A stretch of 64,000 bases of DNA from the human T2T-CHM13v2.0 reference genome, Homo sapiens: assembly GCF_009914755.1 (NCBI RefSeq), contig NC_060936.1. The stretch is one strand, 5' to 3'. Each line of letters opens with the position of its first letter. The first letter of the stretch is position 1. Position numbers and translations under genes: made by a program. The notes below the pieces were generated by a model. The model searched no databases. It saw nothing but the letters and a program-made list of their open reading frames with translations, and was not told where the DNA came from. Shown piece by piece: positions 1 to 39,991 of the stretch.

Positions 1-180
<180 letters not shown>

Positions 181-3100
181 AGTCTCACAGAGTGCAGTTT
201 AGACTTCTTAGCCTTATTTCATCTTTGAAGTACTATTCAGAAGAAATATTCTAGATTCTAGTTTCCAAAAGTCCTTGAGTTGAAAACGTTAAGTATTAAC
301 ACAGAACTATCCAGACTTCTTAGGTGGGTGTCCAGAGCTGCCTTCCTTTTCGCCTTAGTAGTTGATGAACTGATGCCTCCTAGTGACCAATCTGTGTAAC
401 AGCTTAAAGCAAGTGCTTTATAATGAGTGCTTAGCGCTTTTCTTTAACTGTAGTACAAACACAATTGTGGATCCAAGCACCGTCCATCAGCTGTCTCCGT
501 CCTTTCTGTTCTGCCAGCAGCCTAATTCAGTTCTCTCATCTAAGTTCTTGGGTGGCCCAATCACCTGATCCATACTCATACACATGGCCTTCAGTTTTAC
601 TCTTAAAACATGACAGAAAACTTCTATTCGCCTCCAATTGTATACATTCCAATTCCTTACCCTTGCATGACAAGCCCTCCACAGAATGGGTCCTACTTAT
701 TTTGACTCGTTCCACTCAACCTTGAGCGAGTGCCAGTCATACATCTCCTTGTCCTCGCAGCCTCCAATTTACCTTCCCAAATCCTCTGTAAACCTTTCAT
801 TCTTCAAAGCCCTATTCAAATCCCAGATTTCCTCTGGCTGAGTTAATTCCTTCCTAATCACTTCAAACTCTGATGAGTAGTTATCCAATTTTCACGTCTA
901 CTTCACTAAATATCCAAGATCCTGGATGAGTGTTTTCGCCATTGTACCTAACGGAGAGCTGATTGACAGCACTTAAACTGAGGGGAAATGACTAATGTTT
1001 TGTCTGGAAATGTATTGATATTATTCAAAATGGGCAAGCAGGCTATCTTATTGAGTATTAACAAGTAACCAGGAAGTCTGATTATTTGTAAACTTGTTAT
1101 GGTAATATTAGCTTTGAAGTGACAAACGAAAATATGGAACTGGATGAAATGGAGCAGAGAGGAAGGTAATCCAATGAAGGAGGCTGAGAGAACCAGTATT
1201 ATGTTGTCACAAAACTGCAATCACTCAAAAGTGTTGATATTCTGGCTCTGGGTCTCTGGGGTGACAAGATACCCCAGTAACTAAGAGTGGAAGCAATCCT
1301 CTGTCCCCACTGAAGAGCCCAAGAACACCTACCACCTTTCCTAAGTATGCTTCTACTCTGAAACCCGGTAAATGCAACCCGTTGTTTGCAACTCAAATAT
1401 GTAACTGACAGTCACTTGGGCAAATACCTCCATTTAAGGAACTAAATTCCAAGGATATTTCCCTCTTTTGCTGTCATTTTTCCATTGCCACAAAACACAC
1501 AGCCTGAGGACATAGGCTGTTCAATTTGATCACTATTGATCTCTGTAAGAAAAAAAAATCCAGTAATGGGCAAATACCTTTCTTAGGTGATAGAGGACAT
1601 ATAGCAGTGAGTGTAGACAATTCCTCCCAAAAACATGAGAATAAAGAAGGTGGTAGTGGTGTTACTTTAGAAGAACAACTCAGGCTTCAGAGAGGGTAAG
1701 TTTCATTACAGACAAGGTAATCTAAGAGTAAAAGGGATAAAAGAATTCTGTGGGGTAGCCAGACTCAGAAAGGTGGAATAACACTTTTACAAGAAGATAA
1801 AACCCAGGAAATGTTTATGGCAAGCTTGTATGTTGCCACTAAACCTACCAGAAAAAGAAATCCCATTAGAACCGCCCCCATCACAATAACTACCTAAGTA
1901 AATCATTGTTGAGTAACAATGAGCACCCCTTAAACATGTCAGAAACCAGAAAGTTTTTGTTTCTAATGAGATTTCATTTACACTTTTAAGTCATTGTCTC
2001 AACCTAATTTGTGCATGCATGGTTCTGAGAAAGGTTATCATGCAAAATGAAATAAAAAGCCTTGGGCAAAGCAGGACTCCAATCATAATTAATCCTTTTG
2101 GGCCGTATTTAAAGAAAATTACTTTTCTTAGCCCTGTTCACTTATTTCTAAAATGTAGTTATTTGCTTTATGTTCCAGGATATCCTTGATCAAATAATCC
2201 TTTTCTAAATCAACTTATTTCGACATATGTGGCCAATGTGGCTGTCATCCTAACCTCCCTTGGCATTCACACCCAGCTCTATTTTATTTACTATCCTACT
2301 TTTAGCACTGTGAGCATAAACCATAGGTTCTTCTTTTTACAGGAGAGGTTGGATGCCAGTAGCCTTTAGCCTCCTTCAGCCCATCCTGTACCTTGAACCT
2401 GGACATGATGTATAGAGCCCCAGCAACCACTTGATAATAAACCAACTTGCCAAAGACAAAAAGTAGAATGAAAGTCTGCCTGAGAACCATGAAGCTCCCA
2501 TATCAGTCCCAGAGTCTGTCTAAGCCTAAGAGAAAAACCTATATAAGCCACATTGTATTGGGGCTGTGTTATACAACATTATAATAAATACAAACTCTTC
2601 AGGGCAGGGGAGAGAAAAAGGAAAGATTATCTGAATATTGTTTAAAATGAAATCTAGATTAACTCTGGTCTCTAAAATATTTCATCTCTGAAAGCTCTAG
2701 CCTAAAGAACATGCTTATTTAACCACTAGTTGTGTGACAGAAATATCTACAAGGCAGTGCAAAGTGTAGGGCCATCCAAATGCTGGCTCCAACACAACTC
2801 AACTGTGTCATTGTTAAAGTTACTTAACTTCCATCCTTATGCATAAAAAGGGAATTAATATTCTCAATCAAGTATGATTAAGGCATTATTTTTATTATCT
2901 TAATGTTAAACGAACACTTAGTTCTCCCCAAATTGCTGATTAATACTGTAAACTGAAATCCCACTAGTTTAAAACTATACATGGAATAGCAATGAAGTTT
3001 TTCTCGAAACCTCTCAGTCTAGTTACATTATACCCAACTTTTGAAAACACGTGTACTTAAGGGTCACCTTATACATACCACTTGAGGTTCCTTTACTAAT

Positions 3101-3418
3101 CAAGCTTGACATTTTTGTCTGAGGGAGTTCACTACGTTATAGCTTGAATTATAGCTGGAAATCAATTGTCCAGCTATAATTCAAGTAAAAGATTCCAAAA
3201 TGATGGGGAAAAGCATATGTTTTTCTCCCTGAACAGGCATACAATATGTAATTTAAGCTTTGATGTCTTTGGTCATTTTGGAAAACGACTGCAACAAACT
3301 AAGCCCAGTCAGAAAAATTTTGCTTGTTTTAAGCCATTAAGTTTTGGAGGTTGTTTTGTTATGCAGTACTAGGTAACTGCAACTATTGATATGCCTTCCC
3401 TTGACTTTAAAAAACAAC

Positions 3419-4151
3419 TAAGTTGACTCTTGAATATCAAATTTGAACTAAGAGGGTCCACTTACAGGTTTACTTCTGTCTCTACTACCCCTGTGACAGC
3501 AAGACCCCCCTCCTCCTCAGCTATTCATGAAGGCAGTGAGGATTGAGACTGTTATAATCCAGTTCCACCTGAGAGTAAATATACATACACATACATATAC
3601 ATACACACACACACACACACAGACAGTTTCATTCTGTTGCTCAGGTTGGAGTGCAGTGGCACTATCTCGGCTCACTGCAACCTCCACCTCCCGAGTTCAG
3701 TCAATTCTTGTGGGCTCACTGCAACCTCCACCTCCAGAGTTCAATCAATTCTTGTGCCTCAGCCTCCTGAGTAGCTTGGACTACAGGCACACACCACTAC
3801 CACCTACAGCTAAGTTTTGTATTTTTAGTAGAGGCAGGGTTTCTCCATATTAGCCAGGCTGGTCTCGAACTTGTAACCTCAAGTCACTGGCCCGCCTCAG
3901 CCTCCCAAAGTGTTGGGATTACAGGCATGAGCCACCACACCTGGCCATAATATATTTCCGATTGCTTAACATTTTCTCTAGCTTACTTTTTACAGTATAT
4001 AATACACATAACATACAAAGTGTGTGTTAAATGACTTATTGGTAAAGTTTCCACAGTAGGCTGTCAAGTTTTGGGGGAATCAGCTTATACATAGATTTGA
4101 CTGAAGGAAGCTGGGGCCCCTAGCCCCTGCATTATGAAAGAGCTAACTGTA
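3419..4151 (+). mobile_element. Tigger2-family (Tigger2a/MER28-like) DNA transposon split by an Alu
   Basis: Degenerate TIRs agttgactcttgaa ... aaagagctaactg-ta; internal similarity to recalled consensus. Confidence 0.7.
3621..3946 (-). mobile_element. Alu with internal 44-bp tandem duplication; tail position occupied by (CA)n
   Basis: Alu consensus on reverse strand; duplication 3669-3756. Confidence 0.92.
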
Positions 4152-4687
4152 TACACAATCCAGCTTTGTTTCATTGGTTTTCTCAATCTACAGGAATATG
4201 ACAACTACAAAAGACCTTAGAGACTGAACTACTGAGAATCAATCATTCGACTTGCTACACAGTCCCACACAGGATTATGGTTGGTACATTGAATGGGTCT
4301 AGATAAATCCTAACTGACCTATACATCCAAAACTTTTCTGTACACTTACCAAGTTCCAAGCACAGTGCTGGAAATTAGGAAACTCATTAATAAGCAAGTG
4401 TTTCTAGAGTATTTTGAACTGGTTCAAAACCAGTTCAGATTTATAGAACCAAAGAGTAGGTACTGATGAAAAGGAGATCCTATGTTGAACTAGTAAAACA
4501 CATGCACAAAAGCCCAGTGGCAGAAGTAAAAGAAAAGGCAGCCAAGCAGAGCTGAAATAGTGCAAATGCAGGTTAAATACAGTGGGCTATTCATCTCCAA
4601 GTTGCCGTGAAGTGGCTAAGTCCACTCACCAAGCCAAATGAATAGCAAAGACAACAGTTCCAGCCTCCAGTTTTGAAATCCATAGTT

Positions 4688-4817
4688 AAGTGCGGCAGCT
4701 CCCACTTGTAAGCATAGCACCTCAGGAGGTTGAGGTGAGACAACCACTTGAGCCCAGGAGTTAGACACTAGTCCAGGCAACATAGTGAGAATCATCTCAA
4801 AGATAATAAAAATAAAA
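4688..4817 (+). mobile_element. Old Alu monomer (FLAM-like)
   Basis: Diverged left-arm sequence plus A-rich tail. Confidence 0.7.
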
Positions 4818-6330
4818 CTTTGTTGACTGGCCTAATCCAAGTCTAAAATCACATCTGATCTCAAGACAGACACCCATGTCACATCCACACCAGTGTCAAG
4901 GCTCCAGGTAAATGTTGGGAGATAGAAGGGATAACCTGAATAATGACAATTTGGGTATTCTGAAGCATGAGAAATCCAAATATATAGCGATACCTCATTT
5001 CGTTTTACCCTAGATCATTTCTGGGTTCTGCCAAAGGCCAAAGAAAGTAAACAGCATATGAAAACACATGTATTAAAATAAAACAAGAAAGGAATGAGAT
5101 GAGATTTTCAAACCTAGCTCACTTTAGGTTAAGGTCAATTTTTTTTTTGTTTTTTACACATAAAATCTTCAAAACGAGGCATATGTTTAATTTTATTATC
5201 CAGTCTTAGTCTCAGTGTTCTTATGTACACTGAGTAATGCATCCCTTACACCTAGGAGGAATTTTGCCTTTGAACCAAGAAAACCCCAACTAGTTCAGAA
5301 ATAAAGTTCTAAAACCAATTTAAAAAGTAATCCCAATCACAAATTTTAGGTTTTCTTATGTTTAGGAAGTGCTCATAGGCTCTAAGTACTTTTGTTTCCT
5401 TATTAATGTTCACCACGATCTTTCGCAATACAGATGAAAAGACTGATGCTGAACCAACAGGTGGTAGACAGACTCTAAAGCCTGTGTTTAAAGACACTAC
5501 CCAAAGACACTACTTGTATTCTCACACATATCCATTAAAATTTGGTAGCAGAGACATTTGTTTAGGGGCTGAAAAGTTTTAGTCTAAAATTAGATCTCCA
5601 TTTTTATTCATGGATTCTTATTCCTATAGAGCAACCTCATCTACTTTCCTAGTTGGATCAACTGATTCCACTTATTTGAAAATAATTACAAATACGGACG
5701 GCAGTAGCAGTAGGAAAAATAACATTGTTTGATTCAACTTCAAAGTATCCACTGTGCGTTCAGTTTTTATGATACATGTACAAATTTTCTTTCACCTGAA
5801 AGGCCCTAGAAATACCCTGTAAAGAGCATATTCAGCAACTGGACTTAAGTTTCTAAGTAATACTCCCTATTCTAAGAAGCCAGCAATCCTTGGAGAAATG
5901 GCCCATTCCAGGGCTGAAATAGAAAACGCCTGTAAGACTAGAAAACTTTTTGAGCCAAAAAGTATGTTGATCAGAGTAAAGAATATACCGGAATTCTTTC
6001 AACTATTTTCAGAGTTGAAGGAAAGCTGTAATATTGATAAGTTACCCCAAAACACCAATCTGGAGTTTGACTAAGGGGATTCACTGCAGATAAAACTTTA
6101 TTCAGCAATTTTTTTAAATAAAGCTTTTGTTCTTGGCTAAGTAAATTATCTTAACAGCTAACAGCGTCTTGTTCACTGCTGCTGCCACGTCATTTAACTT
6201 ACTTTTTCAGTTGCATATATATGACCCTGAAGCCTTTACTGGCCCCTGGGGCCCACCTACCTCAAATGTTCTGACCTTCAAATGGCTGACTTGGTCTATC
6301 AATCATGTCTTCCTTTAAAAATTATCTTTC

Positions 6331-6582
6331 AGCCAGGTGCAGTGGCTAACGTCTGTAATCCCAGCACTTTGGGAGACCAAGATGGGTGGATTACCTGAGT
6401 CCAGGAGTTCGAAACCAGCCTGGCCAACATGGTGAAACACCTCTCAACAAATGTAAAAATTAGCTGGGCGTGGTGGCACGTGCCTGTGATACCAGCTACT
6501 CGAGAGGCTGATTGCAGCAGTACACTCCAACCTGGGCAAATGAAGTAAGACCCTGTCTCAGAAAAAAAAAAAAAAAAAAAAA
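6331..6582 (+). mobile_element. Alu (internal deletion in right arm)
   Basis: Alu consensus plus poly(A). Confidence 0.92.
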
Positions 6583-7087
6583 ATTTCTACATGGAATGGT
6601 CATCCTCATCCTCACTTGAAATACTCTTGTAACAGGTGGTTCCAGTGTTTTAAACCCATTAAGAGGACTTCCACAGCTAAACTTTCTATGGACTGGCCAC
6701 TTGTATTTCTACCTGTATTTCCAGGTATCTCAATTCCTTGAATGTAGCCTCAATTGTTCTGTTCTGGGACCTTTGCCTGTATTTCCTCCTGTTCCTCCAC
6801 CTGAACTGCTCACCGTTCAGAGGTTCTTCCTCTCACTTCACAAATTCCTACAGATTCTCAAAATCTCAGCTAAAAGCTCATACAAATTTTGAGCCTTCTG
6901 GTAGCAACTATTTTACAACCTCATGAAATTTACCAGAGCCGCAATTGCCTAATACATTATGAATGATAAAATTATGAATAAGACCTTCAACTCTGGATAT
7001 GAGATCTGTCGACTTCTGGCACTCACGTTTAATCACACATTCCTAGTTCCTTCTTTTTGGCTTTAAGTTTAAAACATATAAGAAACT

Positions 7088-7437
<350 letters not shown>

Positions 7438-9280
7438 TTATGTAATATTTTATCCTGGGTTTCAAAATAATAAAACTCAGTTTGTTCTAGGATCCACAAA
7501 ACTTAAAATGCCCAATTTCCCATAGGAAAATTAAACAACCAGACTGACTTATTTCCCGCCAGTAATCTATTATTTCTAAATACCCCATTTCTTCTTTTAT
7601 TCAGACTCTTGGCTTGAGGATGACATGGTCGGGCCTCAATAAGCCCACTGTAAGTCAAAAATATCATAAGTAGAAGATGTGTTTAATACTCCAATAAACT
7701 CATAAAGCTGAAGTCTTAAGTCAAACCATTATAAGTCAGGGACTGTCTGTACTAAGATTTTAGTGAATAACTTAATTTTTGTAAACTGGAAAACCTGACA
7801 ATATGATGTCAAAAGGAAGAAACACAAGATACAAAGCATACTGTATTTTTGAAAATATACATCAATCAAAATTTCTTATGAATACTTATCCTTGAGTAAA
7901 ATAATTTCATATACCAACAAGGATGTTTCCATTTCTGTAAAGTCATGTAAGTGATCCTCAATCAGTCCAAGAACTTGGCTTTTTATCCAGGTTATATTTT
8001 AATATCTGGAGTTTTAATCCAGCATACAAAAATCACCAGTATACATCTATTAAGTTAACTGCAGTATTATTTCACCATCACCATTTACATGTACTTTTCA
8101 GGTATCAGAGACTTAGTGCTTTAAGTAGCAAATTACCTAAATTATGAACACATATTTCCAAAAACAAAATCAAGCTCATAATTACCAAGTATATATGTAC
8201 AGTGCAGATTAAAAAAAAACTGAATTAGCACATATTTCTCTTTTCTAAAGCTCCTATGAAGAACTTACACTCTTCTGCACTACCAATCTATTCTGTACAT
8301 TTAAAATAACATTTGTTTTGATTTAAAGTCAAAAATATAAAGGCTTAAATTTTTGTAAGACTAACCCATAAAAAAGGACTCCAATTTTAAACCAATCCCT
8401 GAAACCAAAGCATTCAAATATTTGAATATTAGTTCAATATTTCTACATAGCACGATAAGATTTTCAGTTACTTCAAGTTTTGTCTTTATTTTTAATAATG
8501 GGAATGGCCTACAATTACAATAAACAATTAATTCAGTTATTTTAGGGGCCTTACCATATCATTAACCTATTCACACAACAAAAATATTTTTATGAAAGTT
8601 AATATATCCTTTCCTGATTAAGTGTGCTAAAACAGAAATAGAGGTAGAATCCCATTTTTCTTAAGTACCACTCTACAAGCCAGTTCCACACAATTAAGGT
8701 ATTTTTGCAATCTAAAATAGTGATGCTAATACTGCTTCAGTAAGCTAGATTTACTAATTTAAGAATCCTAAGAAATTATATATGTGGCTTTCAGACATCC
8801 ATGTTAAACTATCAACTTGTGGAATTTGTGGAACACTTACCCTACTTGAGTGACCATAAAGCAAACAACTCTAAAATTTTTTCATATCAGTTTTCTTTAT
8901 AAGTGATTATATGATATTTCACCATTTCTAACAGGAAAAAATGAGACTTACTTGGCAGTGTGCGTGGGCTGCTGGAAACTACAATCAGAGTGTAAAGACA
9001 AATCTCAAAAATGTTTGTAGATAACTCAGAATAATAACTCAGAATATAACCTATCAGGAACTATGGAATTCCATTTTAGTCTTCAAATAATAAACTCCAC
9101 TTAGCAGGGATTGTGAGGTTGCTCTTAAAATTATATATTTACAGAACATAGTGGCCTCAGCACAAAATAGCTCCCTCTAGACATCACTACTCTCCACTCT
9201 TCAAAAAAAAAGTATATACATTCATTTAAAAAAAAACACCCAAAATATCACCAGTACATTTTATAAAATTAAATCCAAAT

Positions 9281-9286
9281 TTTATT
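9281..9286 (-). terminator. Distal polyadenylation signal AATAAA
   Basis: Followed on the minus strand by a GU/U-rich downstream element (TTTTGGGTGTTTTTTTTT). Confidence 0.7.
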
Positions 9287-10695
9287 AAGGATTTCAGGTT
9301 ACATACTTCAAATTTCTAGAATGGAATGGAATCATTTTGGAACTGGAAAAATGGCATAAACACTGACGTCCCTTAAAACTTCAATTTTATAAAGAAAATT
9401 CTTCTGCAAACCACATCCCCTTTATGTAACAAGACTAGGTATTATCTACACCTTCACTTTGGCAATAGCTATTTCCTAAAGAATGAAAAAGATGATTTTG
9501 CTACTTCAGTTCATTAAAAATGGGATTCTATCTTTGAAGTTCAGAAAAAGCTGCATTTCGATGAACTATGGTTAAAAAAAAAAAGCACATAGTGTCTAAT
9601 CAAAGCAAAGGAAATCATTTTGAAAATAAAGAAAAAAAGCTATTATAATTGGTTAAGGATTTCCAGTAGTAAGTTAAAATCTCAGGAGAGGAATGGATAG
9701 CACTACAAACAATGTGTTCACATTCCAAGACCTTAACACTAACTTCTCAGAAAGGAAGTTTTCATTACCTCTAAAAATCAATTCAATGTAATTTTATTAA
9801 GAGCAGGAAATCTAGACCTTCCTCTAATGACAATCCAATAATCCACCCTCACTGTCAAAAAAAAGTTCAACCCCAAAATTAACAGTAATTAGCCTGAGGT
9901 ATTGTAAATGTGGCTCTACAGTCTGAAATTTAATGGCATCTTTTGTCAAAAATAGTCTTATTTCCACTTTAAGTCTCATGACTACAATACTATAGTGCTA
10001 TCCCTGTAGTATTTACAATACAGTCATCAAAAATATCTGAAAACAAATCTTGGACCTTGTGAAATAGTGCATCCCTCCACTTCTATAAAAATAGGAGCCA
10101 CACAAAGATCTAAAAAGAGTGCTGACTGCCCAGATCCAGAACAGAGGTACTTAACACCTTTGTTTTCCAGTTTAGTTATCAAAGCGTGGTGTGAACAAAA
10201 TGCTTAGTGTCACACTGGCATTACAAATAGGCCCAAAATTTTGAGCTTTTAACAAGATTGAGAAACATTATATGAGATTTAACTCAATATGCCTTAACAC
10301 ATCCATGAGGTAGTTAGGTAAACAGTACTACCCATTTTAATTACACAGTAAACAGAAGCACGGGTAAGTGACATACTCATACTTTAAGCAATAAGAATTA
10401 GAAGAAACCATAGAAGCTTGGGGCCTTCTCTCTAGCTCTAACCCAAAGAAAATGAATTTTATTTTTTTTTTTTTAAAAGAAAACAGCATCAATCACTTAA
10501 GATTTTCTTCCTCTTTTTTTTTTTTTTTTACACTTGCTTATTAGTATAGCATCTCGTTCCAAAGCTGGTACCTTTTCTTCAACAATGTGTTAAAAACTGA
10601 GTATAACCCTTAATTCAAGGTAGGCCTCTACTTCTACCTGAATTGGTACAAAATTAAGACATTATCTTGTAAGAACTAAAATTGTATTTGAAATT

Positions 10696-10701
10696 TTTAT
10701 T
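10696..10701 (-). terminator. Proximal polyadenylation signal AATAAA
   Basis: Plus-strand tttatt ~100 nt into the last spliced exon, preceded by a U-rich upstream element. Confidence 0.75.
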
Positions 10702-11514
10702 TTAGCTGCAAAAACAAAAACAAGCAAACAAACAACAAATAACTTGAAAATAGGCTTGTCAAATGATGTAAATTCATCCTTTCCAGGGAAGCAGAAGGTA
10801 GACCCTACCACAAAGAAAAGATGCTTAGTTAATGGAGGTTAAATTTAAAAATACAGTTAAATTCAGGCTAACTTCTGAAAATCCCGTTTTATTCACCTCA
10901 CTGTGGTACCAGTAACTATACTGAGTCAGGTTACTTTACAGTTAACTATGTCACCTAAAACACAATAATCCATTAACACTCTAATAACAGTTATTGGGTG
11001 TGGTCATACTGGAAATTCTTAACCATATAGTTGTCTTGCCAATTTTTTTTTTAAACAATAAATTGTCTTAGTATAAGTCACTGCATTTCTGTAACAAAGT
11101 AATGAAAGGCACAGCTAATCCAAGCGGACTTAACCCTATTCAACAACCAGCTGAAAAAATACTTTGGTTCTTCAAGGAAAAAATTACAAAAAAAAAAAAA
11201 AGGTATTTCCTTTAACAGTTGTTAATTTTCATAGCTGTACTCCAAGAGCTACATAAAAATATTCCAGAAGAACCAAATTATGTAGCAATGAATGAACATG
11301 CGTGACAGAATTTGTGCATTCAACATAGCTGGCAGAAAAACTAGTTAAAATGCTAGGTAGAACAAATTGGTCTTTAAAATATCAGTTTCCTGTCCTTTAA
11401 AAAAAAATTACCTAGTCTACCAAGAAAATACAAAAACATAAGGCTGTAAGTAAATAAGAGTTGTGTTTAGGCTATTACAGTGCAGGTTATCCTCAAGGCC
11501 ACATACATCCTGCT

Positions 11515-37277
<25,763 letters not shown>

Positions 37278-38235
37278 GTTGTAAGAACTCCAAATATCTA
37301 TGGAGAGAAACATCAATGTTAAAAAAAAAGTATATGATTTATTAAAAAAAAATAAGAAACCAAAACCCTTTAAATCAATACCATACTGAAAACTATCCCA
37401 AGAAATGTCTATTTCCTTTAAAATACTATCAGTGTTAAGAAGAAAAAACTCATGGAACATGCAAATTCTTCCTTACTAGTACCAAAAATAATTTTTCAGA
37501 GGATATTACTTAAAACAAAAAAGTTACCACTAAGCTTTTAGAATCTGTTGTATAAAGACTATGATAATAGCACCATTGGTTAAAAACAAAACTAACATTT
37601 GCTAGAATCATAGGAAAGGAACAGTACAAAAGGATCTTCATTCAAATTCTTTCAACAATCAAGAAAGGTCAATTTCTGCTTAAATTTTTAGACTACGTAG
37701 CATCTTAAATCCATTTATCCATTTCGTATTTAGCAATATTCATTTTATGTAATTCATGTTTAAGAAAACCAAAATCTGATGCCTACTGTACTCACTATGC
37801 CCTCTGGATATCTTTTTAAAAGACTTAATCCCTGGATCAAATAGCCATTTAGACTATTTCAAAAGCTCTAGGTCCCAATCTTAATGTTAGGTAAGCCTTC
37901 CCTATCTCTCCAAATGTACATGTACCTCATGTTAGATAACTGACAACCACCAACCTCCAGCTTCCCCTAGATATGCTAGGGACATTGTCAAGACTTGTGG
38001 TTACCAGACCTGAGTAAGTTTACTGTTAAGACTCACCAGAGGATATCCTAAGTTCCTTCTCACTAAAAGATTAGTATGAACCTGGAGAATACTGCTTTTG
38101 GAAAAACAAATCTTAAAGCAGATGTGTTATATCCAGGCAGAAAAAAATGGTAGAATGCCACAGGTAATCTACAGATTACCAAAAAAAACTAAACCAAGTT
38201 TAGATAGAATCCATGTTAAAATCAAGTTTATCTTA

Positions 38236-38378
38236 GCCAGGCACAGTGGCACGAGCCTGTAATCCCAGCTGCCCAAGAGCCTGTAATCCCAGCTGCCCAA
38301 GAGACAGGAAGATCTTTTGAGCACAGGAGTTCAAGGCCTGCCTGGGAAATACAGCAAGACCCTGTCTCTAAAAAAATT
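38236..38378 (+). mobile_element. FLAM with 24-bp internal duplication
   Basis: gagcctgtaatcccagctgcccaa occurs twice. Confidence 0.8.
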
Positions 38379-38939
38379 ATGAATAAATAGAATCAAGTTA
38401 TCTGGTAAAAATTAAAATCTTAATACATATTTAATTCACAAAATCCTGCATGTGTTTACTTTCATAGCAACGTATTATGCCTATGAACAAAGAGTTAAAA
38501 ATGGAAAACATCCTGATTTTAGCAGTTAAGTGCTAATATTTGGGGGAAACATTATTACTGACCTAGTATCTATCCTTTAGAGTAATTATAAAGAAAATTA
38601 TTCTTCCTAATGTATCTAACTCTGTAAATATTTTGTATTTGTTATAAATAATTCCTAATAGTACTGATGAATTTTTCTAGTGATGCTGGGTAATGAGTCA
38701 GCATTTACAAAGTGTTTAGCAATTATGAATATTAATCAAAAATAAGAAAAATACTGAACTCTGACATCAAAGAAATCCAAGTAGGATTCCAGTTTGTCTA
38801 CCACATCATCAATAACTTCTTTTTAATACAGGGAAACCTGTAGTGCACATGCATCCTTATTTCCAGCTAGTGTTCCCGTATCTTTTCTGGAGAGCAACCT
38901 GACAATAGGAATATCAAAAGCCTTAAACATGTCCATCTC

Positions 38940-39082
38940 AGCCAGGCACCATGGCTCACACCTGCAATCCCAGCACTTTGGGAGGCCGAAGCAGAAGGAC
39001 CGCTTGAGGCCAGGAGTTCAAGACAAGCCTTGGCAACACAATGAGACACTGTCTCTTAAAAACATAAAAATTAAAAAAACAA
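38940..39082 (+). mobile_element. Alu monomer (FLAM_C-like)
   Basis: TSD atgtccatctc. Confidence 0.85.
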
Positions 39083-39764
39083 AATATGTCCATCTCCAGA
39101 TTTATTCACTTATGAGCTCTACCATGAAAAAATTATAAAGAATCTAATGCCTTTGCTTTCCATGTTCACCTAGAAGGTTCTTCCACAGCTCTGAACAAGT
39201 CCTGCACATCCTTTGGCTCTCATTTCAAAGTTTCACTCCCCAGAGATGCTTTCTCCAACCTGCACATTCCGGTTAAGTAAGATTTCTTGGTTGTACACAC
39301 ACTCCTATAAAGCTTTCTTTTCTTTCCACCATAAGATGTCTCAGTCTGTAATTATAAATTAGTTTGACCTATGGTCTGTCTCTCCCAACTGACAAAATTC
39401 ATGATTACAGGAATTAAATCTGATCTTGACAATCATAGCGTTGTCTTCTTTGGGGTAGCACACAAAGCTTATTATAAACTTAGTACTATAATGGAATATG
39501 CAAAAATGGAATGCTTTGCAGTCACAAATGAAACAGATCTGAGTTGATATGAAGGAACACTAAAGCAAGGTATAGGATGTATGCCGAAATCCCCTTTGGA
39601 TATGGAAATATATATATATATATATATATATCTCCACTCATATACGCACATACTTTAATACAAATAAACCCTTTCTGAAAACAAACACCAAAAACCTAAC
39701 CAGAGTAACCTAATGAGAAAGAAGGGACTGGGGGTAATGAGAACTAATTTCCCATTCACCATTA

Positions 39765-39991
39765 CAGTCATGTGTGGATTATATGTTCTGAGAAATGTGT
39801 CTCTGGGTGATTGTATTGTTGTTCAAACATCAGAGTATACTTACACAAACCTAGATGGTATAGCCTACTACGCACCTAGGCTATGATATAGACTATTGCT
39901 CCCAGGCTACACACCTATACAGCATGTGACTGTATTGAATACCATAGGCAACTTTAATATAATGGCTAAGTATTTATGTGGTGCATGACTG
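39765..39991 (+). mobile_element. Tigger3/Golem (MER7A-like) MITE
   Basis: TIR cagtcatg...catgactg; acttacacaaacctagatggtatagcctacta core. Confidence 0.8.

Larger units (their letters stand above)
9260..11514 (-). other. NAP1L1: NAP1L1 3' UTR to the distal poly(A) site, including optional intron 10805-11478; longer UTR isoforms may extend further left
   Basis: Repeat-free AU-rich sequence after the stop; donor CACT|GTAATA at 11478; acceptor TTTTCTTTGTGGTAG|GG at 10805; AATAAA signals at 10696 and 9281. Confidence 0.75.

Noticed and set aside
10300-10330. let-7-like sequence on the plus strand as a possible miRNA gene
   Set aside because: Similarity stops after ~14 nt and no hairpin partner arm is visible; better explained as a target site on the minus-strand mRNA
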